The notes: generated from the letters alone by a model not told the origin. A stretch of DNA of 64,000 nucleotides from Takakia lepidozioides (GCA_030704615.1 CM060733.1:1922001-1986000); one strand, 5' to 3'; counted from the stretch's first letter, positions 26,229 through 38,090 are shown. Made by a program: numbers and translations.

Positions 26229-26406
26229 ATCTGTTTTTATCATAACTATTTTTTTTTACTAATACTTCGATAAAACTGACGTGACGCGGATTGTGTCAGT
26301 GTTATGTCTGTCGTGACGCGACGGACGTGATGTGTGCAAGCCTAACGTTACAATGACAACAAGCACAACTGTTAACTTACTTAGTACCATTGACAATCCC
26401 AACAGT

Positions 26407-26716
26407 ACTCATTCTTCTCTTACATTTTGAAATAAATCCAAAATACAAGCACTAAAGTAGTAGGGCCCCATATATACGAAAGGGTTTTTTTTCAAGTAAT
26501 GTTAATTATAGACACACAAACAAACCATTGTGCAAACATTCACCACATTAATCAACATCATGGATAGCACTCATTCTTCTCTTACATTTTGAAAACTCTC
26601 AAATCCAAAATACGTAACAGGGCCCATACATACGAAAGATTTTTTTTTCAAGTAATGTTAATTATAGACACACAAATAGACCCTTGTGCAAACATTTACC
26701 ACGTTAATCAACATCA
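26407..26716. repeat. ~160-bp tandem duplication
   Basis: actcattcttctcttacattttgaaa...aatcaacatca at 26407-26560 and 26569-26716. Confidence 0.85.
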
Positions 26717-26888
26717 GGAATATCACTAAAATTTTACATCAAGCCTAACCCAAGCTATGGAGAACCCATGCTATCCGTTCAAGCCATGACATAGTACACA
26801 AATGTTCAACATTGTTGTGCTCAGAGCATCGACCACATGCCAAACGAACTCACTTCACACCTACATTTAAAATCAAGTTGGCTCAAAG

Positions 26889-26996
26889 TGGTTCGATCAT
26901 ACCAAGGCTATTACACCATATACCATCAAAACTCTGAAGTTAAGTGTCTTTGGGCCGGAATAGTACTCTTATGGCTGTCCTCGTGATGGTGCACCC
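26889..26996 (+). rRNA. Solitary 5S rRNA pseudogene
   Basis: cgatcataccaaggcta.tacacca.at.ccatca.aactctgaagttaag.g.ctttgggccggaatagtact...tgcaccc follows the bryophyte-type 5S sequence. It has an ~11-nt deletion in the 3' part and no T-run terminator. Confidence 0.85.
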
Positions 26997-29096
26997 TAAA
27001 ACAAATAGGGCCCATCTCGAAAGGGGCAATAGCTGCAAGGTGAAGTGGTTTTGAGTTACGCCCCATCACGAGACTGTACTCATTTCTCTATCTTTCAAGT
27101 TTCAAAACACTAAAAAAAAATTCACAAACCAGAAAATTTTATAAAAATATTTCTAGCTAGTAAGCCTAAAAACATGTGAGACATTCAAGGCAAAAAATTT
27201 CTTATTCAATATTTTTTCTTCAAGTGCAAAAATTTCTCCCATTGTTATTAAGAGGCTGTGTGGTTACGAACATAAAAGCTGTCTTTATTTTATTTTTTTG
27301 CTTTATGTGATTCCAAAAACAAGACTTAAGTTGTAGGAGTTTGTAGCATTCATCATAAGCTACATAGTATGAAACTGATTAATATAGCTATGGTTCATTT
27401 TGCATTCTTTTGGGGACCCTGTGGATAGAGCCCACTAAGTAGTAAATAATGTAGTTACTAATAGGCACTAGAGTACCCTTCTCCTTGCATACCCTAACTT
27501 ATGTGGGCGGCGGCCAAGCCCCTCAAAGAGATTCCAGAAGGCCGCTCAGACCCCATATATGTCAATTTGGTAGTCATAGTAACGGTGTCCACCAACCGTG
27601 TTACTTGTCGTTGATGATCTCCCTCTCGCAACCCCTCTCATGCTATCCATTGGTTCTTCCCAACTATGCCTGCCAACCTGCCCTCTTCCCATCTATCCCC
27701 TTCCCTTCTGATGCCTCCCCCTTGGCTCCTCCGTCCCTGCCTAGTTGCTCTGACCTTCGGGCATAGCCCAAATGAATTGGGCGACATAGTATAACTCTGA
27801 CAGCTTTGTAAAGGGCTCTTCCTTTGAGAGTTTGTAAAATATTCAATTTAACCCTGAAAATTTATGCACTTATGTCCTGTCACCTTCTCTTAGAATCCCT
27901 TGCCATCATGGAGCGGCTATCCTGTGAGGATGCACCAGAGGCAAGCAAGGGTAAACAACTGAGGATCTCGACGGCTGTCTGGGTGAGGTGATGGGGATGT
28001 CACGTGGAACAGCTGGTGGTGGCAATGTGGTGGCAGGATTCCGTTGATCAAGACCAAAAGCAAGAATGATGATGTTGAGAAGTGTACAGGGAGGAGAGTG
28101 TGGGATTTGACTCTCTTCTTCTGGTTTTTGGTTCCCTAGATAGAAGAGCTCGTAGATGATGGCCGTACAGAGTGTGGAAGACAAGACGGCCATGGTGAAT
28201 AGTGTCTACGAACAGGGAAGAGAGAGATAATACAGAAAATGATGCATGGTGTGGCGGTTGGGAGGACTGGTTGTGTTCCAGTACCATGTACAATTCTAGG
28301 ATTGGGTGCTAGTTCCTGTTGAGTCAAGAATTATTGTGACTTGAAGGATCTGTACATAAAGCAAATGGTGATGTTTGGCCATTCAGTGGAATAAGATAAG
28401 AGGAATGTAAGATCTTGGTATTAGATTTTCATCTTTCTTCATCCTCAGTAGGATCAAACTGGTTTTGGCAGTCGCCCTACAAGGAGGAGCCAACAATGAG
28501 AGAGGGTTAACATTTCAACACATAGGGAGGAAGCTGACCACAAAAAAGAGTAACATACTCCCATGTACAATCTAGAGAACAAGTTTTTTTAATTCTCATT
28601 TATTTCTGAAGGGATGGCTCAAGCCCTTTAAATTGTATTAATGAATCTAAAGGTTGACAAGGATATATATATATATATATTCAAGCATTAGATCAGAAAA
28701 AGCTGAAATAGAGCCTCGTATGTGGCCAATATTTGAGAGTTTAATTAAATTAAGTAAATTTTGCTTAAGACAGTCCAAGGAAGATGTTGAAGGATTGAAC
28801 CCTAGACAGTACTGTCTTGGTTACTAATGTGAAAGGTAAGGTCACTGCCAAAGTGTTTTTCGCAGATTTGAGAATCTTAGCCCAATGGAAAACAGGAACT
28901 TTACCAATCTAATTAAAAATACTCACAGTATAAAGAGGTGTACACTGTAACTTCATGATTTCCATTGAAAACTCTAAGTAAGTTACCTACTTGTCGGCAT
29001 TGGGTGAATGATGCAAGTATCAGAGTTCCAAAACTAAAGTCCACATTATTAATTCAGATTAATTACTCTGGCTCACGATAATATTAATATATATAC

Positions 29097-29252
29097 TAGT
29101 GCTCCAAGTTTCCAATTGTTTAGTCGTAGACTTAATTATCAATGAACCCACTGAGACTGAAAAATATGAATATATTTGGGGAAAAGGAGATATTTTCCGT
29201 CTCAGTGGGTTCATTGCAATTCAAGTGTATGAGTAAAAAACTTGAAGCACTA
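29097..29252. repeat. Fold-back element (small MITE or hairpin-RNA precursor)
   Basis: Perfect 18-bp stem caatgaacccactgagac / gtctcagtgggttcattg, plus outer arms tagtgctccaagttt / aaacttgaagcacta; TA at both ends. Confidence 0.75.
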
Positions 29253-30863
29253 AACATTCCGAGTGGGTGAATGTGGGAGAGTGTGTTGGTAGATTCCTTG
29301 ACTCATAGTTGCTTGCTTCACACATTGAATGATATTCATATCACATAAGCGACAGCCTCTCACTTAACTCTTCGTATTATCATTGCCTGCCAAGTAAGTT
29401 GAGAGGGTAAACAGCTGTTCCGGAATCTCCAGGAAGGTCCCCACACTTGTGGTAAAAGCTTTTGACTTTATTTTATGAAAACCCAACTGTCCTCTGAAAA
29501 AATCCTGCTTATCCTTGAAAACTATTGTTCAAGGAAGTTGCAATGATGATACTTCAGTATTACGCCTGCAAACTTTGCATTTCGTTTCCAAATGTACCAG
29601 AGCGCCAAAGAAGAAGGATCCGAGTAGTAGTAATAAGATGCGGCCAACATTTGAGCTCATACGAAAGATGACCACAGAAGTAGAGTATGCAGTGAAGTTG
29701 ATGTGGTTGGTATTGCATGGCATCCTCAACATCCCTTGGCGGCGCGCGCAAGTCCCCAAAACACACACACTAATGGCTGGTATGGCCTGCCATTTGGGGC
29801 GTCTTTATTGAAGTTTTGCCACAGAGGTACACCCTTCATTGGAAGTAAGGCTGGACGGAACAGGAAAATGAGGAATATAAATGTTTTGGGCCCTGAGTGG
29901 GCGATAGTACAGCATGATTGGTGCATTTGGTCCATCAGCGTGATGTGATCAGATCGCTACCTGCTCTGTTGTGCTGCTCTAGCGATCTCTACTGTCAGAA
30001 AAGTGAAATGTCAAGCCTATCTCAAGTAAAGTGGACCTTACCGACCTACCACATCGGATCCAAGTCACAGCATTCAGATCATGTGTGCTTCGATTTTAAA
30101 TATGATTGTGGGTCGAATTGTCGTGTCTGATTGGCCTCCCTGACATTGAGTCCACTTGGCTGAGCGATTGTTATTCAAGACAAATGTTTGGACCTTTAAA
30201 AAAAATACAAAACAAACAGGGGGTAGAGGTGACGGGAGGCACTGAAGGCATTCCTGGAATTGTATTAAACTTAAAGAGCGTGGAAAAATAACCATGCAAG
30301 GGCCTGAAAGGCTAGTTGCAACAAGGCACAGCCAAGAAAGAAGCACCTGAAGACAGAGAGAAAGGAACAAATGGCCACAGAAAAGAGACTGAGAGCCACA
30401 AGGGGAGGAGGAGGAACCTTTTTATTAAGAAAAAGAAGAAGAAAAGAAACGTCTCTGTTAGAAGTGGAGCGAAACAAGAGGGGAGGCAAGGCGAGGAAGG
30501 AGCAGGAGCAGCCCAGCTAGAACCGCACGCTTGAGTCTTCACTACCGCCGGCGCGTGGCCGGCACCGGCACCCAACCCAACTGGCCCAGAGGAGTGTGAT
30601 CAGCCTCACGCTCACTGGCCTTGCTATCTACAGCACTTGAGTCGACCTTGAGCAGCTTGTCATTTGTCCTCCAGCTCTACTACTTACAAACTCCTTAGAT
30701 CCTCTCTACTCTGTCACAGTCTCTCACTGTCTGGAAGGTCTTTGCGTCCTGCGCAGCAAACTGTGGATTACAGAATATAGGACACTGCCTGCTCTGATCC
30801 CTCTCTCTCACAGTCGCTTTCCTGAATGTTGCTCCGGTGGAGCGACCTTCATCAACAGCAGTT

Positions 30864-30992
30864 ATGGCGAATACAATCATTCGGGCTCTTCAAGGTTATA
30901 GATGTTTAGTGTTGTTCTCTACTGGTGTTGTCTCCACGTGTGCCCACCTCTCTCCAGAGATACGTAAGGGTTTGCAGGCGATCGAACAGTGA
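30864..30992 (+). other. 42-codon upstream ORF paralogous to the TPD1 N-terminus
   Basis: MANTIIRALQGYRCLVLFSTGVVSTCAHLSPEIRKGLQAIEQ* aligns with MANTLLRALHVCKLLVLLCRCVVCTCAAPLPQEVGEGLQAIEAH. Confidence 0.75.
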
Positions 30993-31071
30993 CACTGCTC
31001 TCACATGGTCTCCGGCGCTTGCTCACTTCATGTGTGTCTGTCAGGTGGACGGATCATCAAGAGCTGCAACT

Positions 31072-31632
31072 ATGGCCAATACATTGCTTAGGGCTCTTCA
31101 TGTTTGCAAATTGTTAGTATTGCTGTGTCGTTGTGTTGTCTGCACTTGCGCGGCTCCTCTCCCTCAGGAGGTGGGTGAAGGTCTGCAGGCGATTGAAGCA
31201 CATACTCAAGCGTCAAGCGGATTCCAACTGGACCCACGTAGAGTCGAAGAGAGAGGTGCTCTTTTTAGATCGCCCACGAGTAATTATATCAACAGGAAGC
31301 TGCGGGCCTCAGCACCTTTGTGCTCGAAGTCAGATATTAGTATTACTCAGGGCATGAGTGGTGACAGCAATGGGATTCCAGTTTTCACTGTGCAAATAGT
31401 AAACTTGTGTGTGAACGCCAACTGTGAGCTTACCAATATCCATGTGGCCTGCGAGGCGTTTGCGTCTGCGAAGCCGCTGGATTCCAGAGTTTTTCAGAGA
31501 GTGAAGTACAACGATTGCTTGGTTATGAGCGGGGCATCACTGAGATCTGGAGGAAGTGTTGCGTTTGAGTATGCCAACTCCTCAGAATACCCAATGCATG
31601 TCATTTCTGCGGACCTTGGAAGGTGCACATAG
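31072..31632 (+). CDS. TPD1: TAPETUM DETERMINANT 1-like secreted cysteine-rich peptide, 186 aa, intronless CDS
   Basis: Hydrophobic signal peptide, then CSKSDISITQG..GIPVFTVQIVNLC..C....IHVAC..FASA...D.RVF.R....DCLV..G..L..G....FEYAN...YP. A splice-acceptor-like site at 31044 precedes the ATG at 31072. Confidence 0.9.
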   Translation: MANTLLRALHVCKLLVLLCRCVVCTCAAPLPQEVGEGLQAIEAHTQASSGFQLDPRRVEERGALFRSPTSNYINRKLRASAPLCSKSDISITQGMSGDSNGIPVFTVQIVNLCVNANCELTNIHVACEAFASAKPLDSRVFQRVKYNDCLVMSGASLRSGGSVAFEYANSSEYPMHVISADLGRCT

Positions 31633-32759
31633 ACGAGCCTTCTGTGACGAGTACTTAAGCAAGTGCTTTTTGCTTCCACAATTCGACCGGTTGGCTCAAT
31701 ATTATGTAGAATGAGAGGGACGAAGCTGCTCCCCTCGAATTTGTCAATACTTTCCAGGGTTCCATCGCATCAGGCTGCAATTCATATTCTACGTCCAGCA
31801 CCCCATCAGAGCTCTTGGGGAGAGACTTGAGAGGTTGATACGCAGGTTGTGACTGGAGACACGTGACACATGATGGTGGACACCCTGAGGTAGCGAAATT
31901 AGTATACGAATCCTTCATTTGAATGAGGATTAGCTAAATGCAAAGGCGTTCTACTAGAGGTCTGTTAAATTTTGTAGGCAACCTTACAGAATTTTCAGGC
32001 TCAATAAAACCATGAACTGTAATGTCATATTGGAAAGAAAATGATCTATCTGCACATGCGGCAGATTTATGTATTGCGGGAGATTTGCATAACTGTACCC
32101 CTCTCAATCTCTTCATCTCTTTGTCATGTGCCATTGTTGTTGTGAATATTCTCTAAGCGAAGGGGGTCAGGTTTGTCGGTTCAGATTTTGAGCTGAGCAG
32201 TGGAGCATAATCAAGTTGGGGTGGTTAGCGTAGTGGACCAGAGAAAGTGATTTGTTCTTGAAAACCAGGCAGAAATTGGCTGACTAGTGTCTTTTAACCG
32301 AGCGATCGCAGACATATATTCAACATTAGATGGATGTAGCTGACATTGCTTTCCCCACAACCTACATTTGCGTGAGTAGCGAGGTCCGAAGAGTCCTCAT
32401 GTTTCGGAATAGGGCCATGCACCGACAGTGGAGCTTCTCTCTTATAATTTGCTTCTGGGCAGTTTTTGTTTGGTTCTTTAGTACGTCCCGCTGAGCTCTA
32501 AATGCAGTACTTCGTAACTTTACAACGGCGCATTAACCCCGACAACGACATTAATCCCGAGCTGTCAGAACTGCGTATGCACCGGAGACATCCCGCGTGG
32601 GAGCGCTAATCCTAGACGTTACCTGTTACCTCGCGACATGGAATCGGTATATAGGCACTCGGATTCGCCAAGTAAAGCGATGTACATATAGAATTCCGAA
32701 TACCTATAATTCGGCGGACATTATACTGCAGCGGCTGCAGTCATCTATGCATTGCAAAG

Positions 32760-35700
32760 AAGTCGTTGCTCGAAATGCGCTGTGAAGATTTTCTGGCTTA
32801 TCGAGTTATTAGGCTTGTGAGGCGCTACTGACAAGGTCAACTTAGTAAGGATAAAATATTGAGAATGGATTCGTGGATTTGGCTAGTAATGGTGCTGCCG
32901 ACGGCCAACTCAGCCCCCAGGTGCTCTCCCTCTTCGACTGAAATCTAGTTTTTTCAGAAAGTGTTCGATATGGTGCATTTCACCTTTCTACATGTAGAAC
33001 CTCGAAGTTGATTATCGGATGAGAAAACATGCACTAGTGCTTCAGTCATACCTGAAGAGCTTGCAGGAGGGGAAAAATATGTTGAAGCTCATCCATTGGA
33101 GGTTCATCAAACGGAGAAATTTAGGTGCATGCGTGGCACGGATTTTTTTCCACCATACTACTCCAGCATTAGGACTCTCTCTGCTGGCTGGCTCTCCAGG
33201 GATATTGAAAGCCTTCTCTTTAGTAGTGTCTAAAAGTCTCACATAACATGCGGATGCCTGCCAAAGATGAACCGATAGCAAGGTTCGTACCCGAGGTGCA
33301 GCAAGAGATGTATAATAGCGAGCAAGGCAGCAAGGAAGCTGCCAAAGGTGCTGTTGCGACAACAGTCTGACAAGAAAGAGCAGAGAGTCGACAAAAGCAC
33401 AGCCGCCAGCCCTACTTTCTTTACCCGTAACGGCCCGGTTACTGTGCCCTGCTTTCCGCTGACCCCTGGTCAGGTACAAAATCAGTGAGAAATTTGGGTT
33501 TCTTTGTACATGCACTCACGGCTCGATGTAATAAGCCCAAATTGAAGAAAACGAATGTCGTTCCTACTTGACAAAGTGCAGTTCTCTAGAGCTTCCGACA
33601 GTTCGATGTCTCCTGCAATCCCTTTGAAACTCCTAAAATAAGCAAACCCTAGCGTCACCAGATGTTGTGAGGCCAAGAGTAGTCGACTGATCATCTTCAG
33701 TAACCGTTGCAAGAGTCAGGATAAGATACCATTCATACGGATGAGGAAACAGTATGATAGAGACTTCAGGCAGTCCCAAAGGTGTTTGGGGAAGTAAGAC
33801 GTCAAGTAACCCAGTTCACACTAAGCCTTGAGCAGCATAGTGCATCCTTTATTCCCCAAGCAACCGGTGGTCATATGTTAGTTAGGAGTCGGAGGCCCAG
33901 TACAGAACTGACTTCAGAATGGCAGGAAAACTGCAGAGGTGGACGTGGGATAGTGCGAGAACCATGTGCGCAGGCACTGAGATTGCCACATTGATGAGGG
34001 GCGATAAAGAGCAGTCCCAAAGGCTGCAGGCAGCCGTGAGTATGTCCAGCCCTCATCTTAATGTTCCATCCATGCGCCCATTTGACAAGCACTTGTCTGT
34101 GATCCACACGGTTGCTGCGTAGATCAAAGGATTTGGTTGGATCCTTAGGCTAACGGCTCAAGGGATGTGATAATCTAGTTCTAAGTTCCATCTATTGATC
34201 AATTCTGCTGAGCTTTGCCCAATAATCTGACGCTTCTCGTAGCATACTTACAATATATATTGGTGAACTTGCCCAATCATACAAAGAATGAAAGAGGACT
34301 CCGTCAATTATAGTGTCTCTTCGTGCCAAAGGACTACTACCTTCCGTTGGAAAGTGGACACTTTGACCCCAGATCACCTAGTCATGCCCAGGCAAACACC
34401 CAACCACTGTGCTACCTGCTCTAGTGATATTTATGACATTGAAGCTTCGGATTAGCAATGTCCGAGAACAGTGATCAATTTATGTTGGCACGTGTACAGC
34501 ACGGATTGCATTTGGATCAGTCTAGTACAGCTCAACGCCATTTCAGAGTCCAGACATTGTATTAAAAGTTGAAGGGGACAGTGCCTCATACGCTTGCACC
34601 ACGCCAATGCACAAGTGCGATGGTCACACAGTATCCAATCACGCAGGTTTCTGGGAGATCCACAGGTATGCAATTCGCAAGCTAAAATGTAGACTAAATT
34701 TTCATATGGACAATCATACATGAGTTGTTCTATCAAGTACCCTACATTTGAAGCGTTTATAAACCTCCTCTTACGTATGTTATGAGTTGCTGGGAGAGCG
34801 ATCGATCCAATGTTTCCTCTCCGTTCACCTCATTTGTCGTCTATGTAAGGGGACAGCTTGAAATAATCTTCTAGACAAAGTATCTCATCAAACTGGATCA
34901 CATTTTTGAACCAAACCTCGGCTTCATCGAAGTTTCTATCCATTGGACCTCATTTTATTGCATAGGTAGGATCACTTTCCAATTATGTTCACTGCCCATT
35001 TGCATCCATCAGACCAATCAACAAGGAAGATTACTGCTCATGAGTGGATAGTTGGCTGTCTCACATTATGCCTATGGCATTAAGTGGATCACCAACTAGC
35101 TAGTGGGCTGCTGTACACCTTCTTCGACTCCCAATCTAGAGGTTCACGTGTGAATCTAGGAATCACGTGGGCCCATACCAGAGAGGTTCTCACAGATTTA
35201 TAGCAAGCCTCGTACCTCGGTTTTCAGTACGCCACGTATGCCTTCAGCCATTCCCAGAGTCATGAGTGACCAACTTAATTATTACTCAACTGCAATACAG
35301 GGAACTGGCCTTTATGATGGCGAGCCCTGGGCCTGACTACCTGTATCCGGCCCACAAGGAGAATTATGTCCTCGTACCAGCCTTACACTTCCGTTTCCTC
35401 TCATTGAGGCCAGTTCCACACACAAGCCTGTGACCTGATATGGTACAAGTACCGTTCATGGCCTCCAGTTGTAGTAAGCAGTACAACCTTCAGGATCCCT
35501 TCTACACACGAGGCTCTGTCTGAGATCCGAAGAATTTATATCCAGTTGCCATTTTGCCTACCAATCGAAACTTCTCAGATGGCCTAGTATCTACGAATCC
35601 TTTCAAAAACATCAAATACCCATGCTTACAATATTTCCTTCCAGTGGGTCATCTCTTCTAGTAATTACGTAATTACATAATGTCAATGTGTCTATAACGT

Positions 35701-36215
35701 GGGGGTCCTGTGCGGCTCGAATCTTTTTCTGCCGAGAAGGGCCGTAAGCGATATGTGAGATTTGTGGCGAATTCTACTATATACCTACAGACAAGTTTGG
35801 CCACGATCACGGGCGAGCTGAGAGAGTATATTGTTGGGTGTTGCCTGCCAACAAAGGTCAGCCGAACTCCATGGAACAGAACACCCTTTGCCATTTCCGT
35901 TATTGCAACAGTTAACACTGAGAGGGTTGGCATCCTGTACGATCATAAGATATATATGTATGCGTATACATATAGGCATGTGCACGTACGGGTAGTAGAG
36001 TACCATGCACAAAGCCTTAAATCCTTCACAGCAGACTTTGTCTCGAGCATTTGATGTCTAATGACGGCCTTCATATTGGGTGGCGTAATTTTCTTACAAT
36101 GATGAATGCATTTGGGGACTCGGTCTTCTATGTACTTAGAAATCCGGCTTTCCAGACTCCAGTCCAGAGGATCAGAACCCCCGTTCCGGAAGTTTCCATT
36201 CTGGGACAAGTACAA
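32760..36215 (-). other. Degenerate endogenous viral element: Mononegavirales-like L (RdRp plus capping domain) gene relic
   Basis: Collinear decayed motifs: DWSLESRI (~36160), HHKGQFPVL (~35310), LSPYIDDK (~34840), WCKRMRH....LD...SVLY (34601-34494), KVST..MIGQVHQYIL (34364-34251), IYAATVWI (~34110), LLPQTPLGLP/FLIR (~33790-33740), RNPNF (~33495), PR..LS...LLDTTK (~33230), WWKKI (~33150), RGSTCRKV (~32995), HFEQRL (~32770). Confidence 0.62.
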
Positions 36216-37599
36216 GTTTCATTGCAGTTGGCAACTCCGACAAGAAGAGACTAAAATGGGCTCTCACACATGTGAGTCAAGCAACAACTAGTTGAACGAC
36301 GGGTTCTCTCTAACACACTGTACGCATCACTTCTCCTCACCTAAGAAGAGGTGATTGGAATGACCTTGCTTAAACATAATCATCTGCTTCGAGCGTTCCA
36401 ACTTATAAGCTGTGGCTTATAAGCTCTATTTCATGGTTATGGTTGCTGGCATGTAGATAAATCACGTGTCCCTCCCTTCGCAGTAATCCACTTGTTGTTT
36501 CTGCGATCGATATTCTATGCTTCACAGGCTCCGAGAATCAAAATCTACAGCAAAAGTCAGGCAGGCCACATCAGAGAGGAATGGACAATGGACAAACTGG
36601 GCCGTCATTTGGACGCGCAACTTAGCATATAAATATACAGAGACTATCAAAAACAGCAGCAGTGTTCTTCTGCCACACCAATCTCAGCAACGCCACTTTC
36701 TTCACATACTATACTATAATCGGAGAATATTAAGATCTGCATCCAGATCCAGGACACTAATAACAGGCATGACGAAAGATTACGACTGATTTCGGCCCTG
36801 GCCTTAAATGATTGTCTTACTTAAGTGACAGATCCTCCGAAATCAAACATACCCTCACACTTCTCGAGTCACACTGACTGCTCTTCATTCAAAAAACTGT
36901 AGTGCAATGATTTCGACCGCCATTTCTCCGTCGCCCATTGACACTCAGATTTTCACATGATCGCACAACGAGGCTGCTGTCCATTCTCGAAACTAGATTT
37001 CCTCAGGACTTCTAAGTTGCAATGGGTACAGGGATCAAATCCGCTTGACCTTCCTTTGCAAATTTTACACTAATATTTTGTCCTCCAGGCTTAATATATG
37101 TATTGAAACTCTAAAAAAAACCCTTTGAAGCTGATACTCTGTTGCCTCAGACTCCCTGTTTCTTTTCTTTTGGACTCCTTGTACATTAGGGTCATGAGTT
37201 GTTTAGAGAGTCAAAGTATTGTCCCCTTTTGATACATACTAGAACCCAAACCCAACTCAGAGACCTTTTCCAGGGTCTAGTGTCAAATGTTGGTGCGATT
37301 TGTAGTTGTCACAGTCTCCAGTTTGGAGTATGGGAATTTGCTCTTTCTACTATTGTTGGCATGGAATCCTTGTGTTTGTCTCGAAAGTTATGAAGTATCT
37401 TTCCACCTGCTTGGTGCACGCTTGGGAGCTTGAATGCTCTGGCTTCTTGCCTGCAGCTATTAAGTACCACTTGCTGATTGTTTGCCATAGAGAACTACAC
37501 AACTAGAGCTTATCGATGATTTTACATATGTAACCCAGAGCTCTTCATCTTTATTCAACAAATGTCTCTTTCCTCCTTGTGGTGTAAACAGCCTAGTCC

Positions 37600-38090
37600 A
37601 AGAGTATGAAGGAAAAATGGATGTTCCACAACCCAGAACAATGCTTGGAGGTCCATTAGTGACAAAAAGATGTTCTCTTTGGGGTTCAATCTGGATTAAA
37701 ACTCACCCTTCCAAGGTTGCAGCCTTCCTATGGCAGATAGTGAATAGGGCATGGCTAATGTCCAACTCCTTTGTGTGGATTCTACGTAAACCTCTCGCGA
37801 AAATGGACATTGACCCCCATGAATGGTCGTGGAAATTCAAAAATGCTCCGGAGCCTTTCTTTGCATACACAACTAAGAAAGGCTTTAGAGCCCTATCAAT
37901 CACTCAGCCTATGAACAAGAAGTGGGAGTCCAGATGGCGGTTATACAATTTCTGTGATGATAACTGGAACTAGTCTATTTGGGGTTCAATCTGGATTAAA
38001 ACTCACCCTTCCAAGGTTGCAGCCTTCCTATGGCAAATAGTGAATAGGGCATGGCTAATTTCCAACTCCTTTGTGTGGATTCTACGGTCT
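37600..38090 (+). mobile_element. L1-type LINE ORF2 C-terminal (zf-RVT region) fragment with an internal ~108-bp duplication
   Basis: YTTKKGFRAL...W...WGSIWIKTHPSKVAAFLWQIVNRA motif. 37679-37787 is repeated at 37979-38086. Confidence 0.65.

Noticed and set aside
30925-31071. N-terminal extension of the 235-aa ORF from the ORF track
   Set aside because: It begins at a GTG and spans intron-like sequence; the signal peptide starts at ATG 31072.
35130-35200. EPLWYGP resembling a gypsy integrase GPY/F motif
   Set aside because: Isolated, flanked by stops, with no other integrase motifs; the region is better explained by the L-protein relic.
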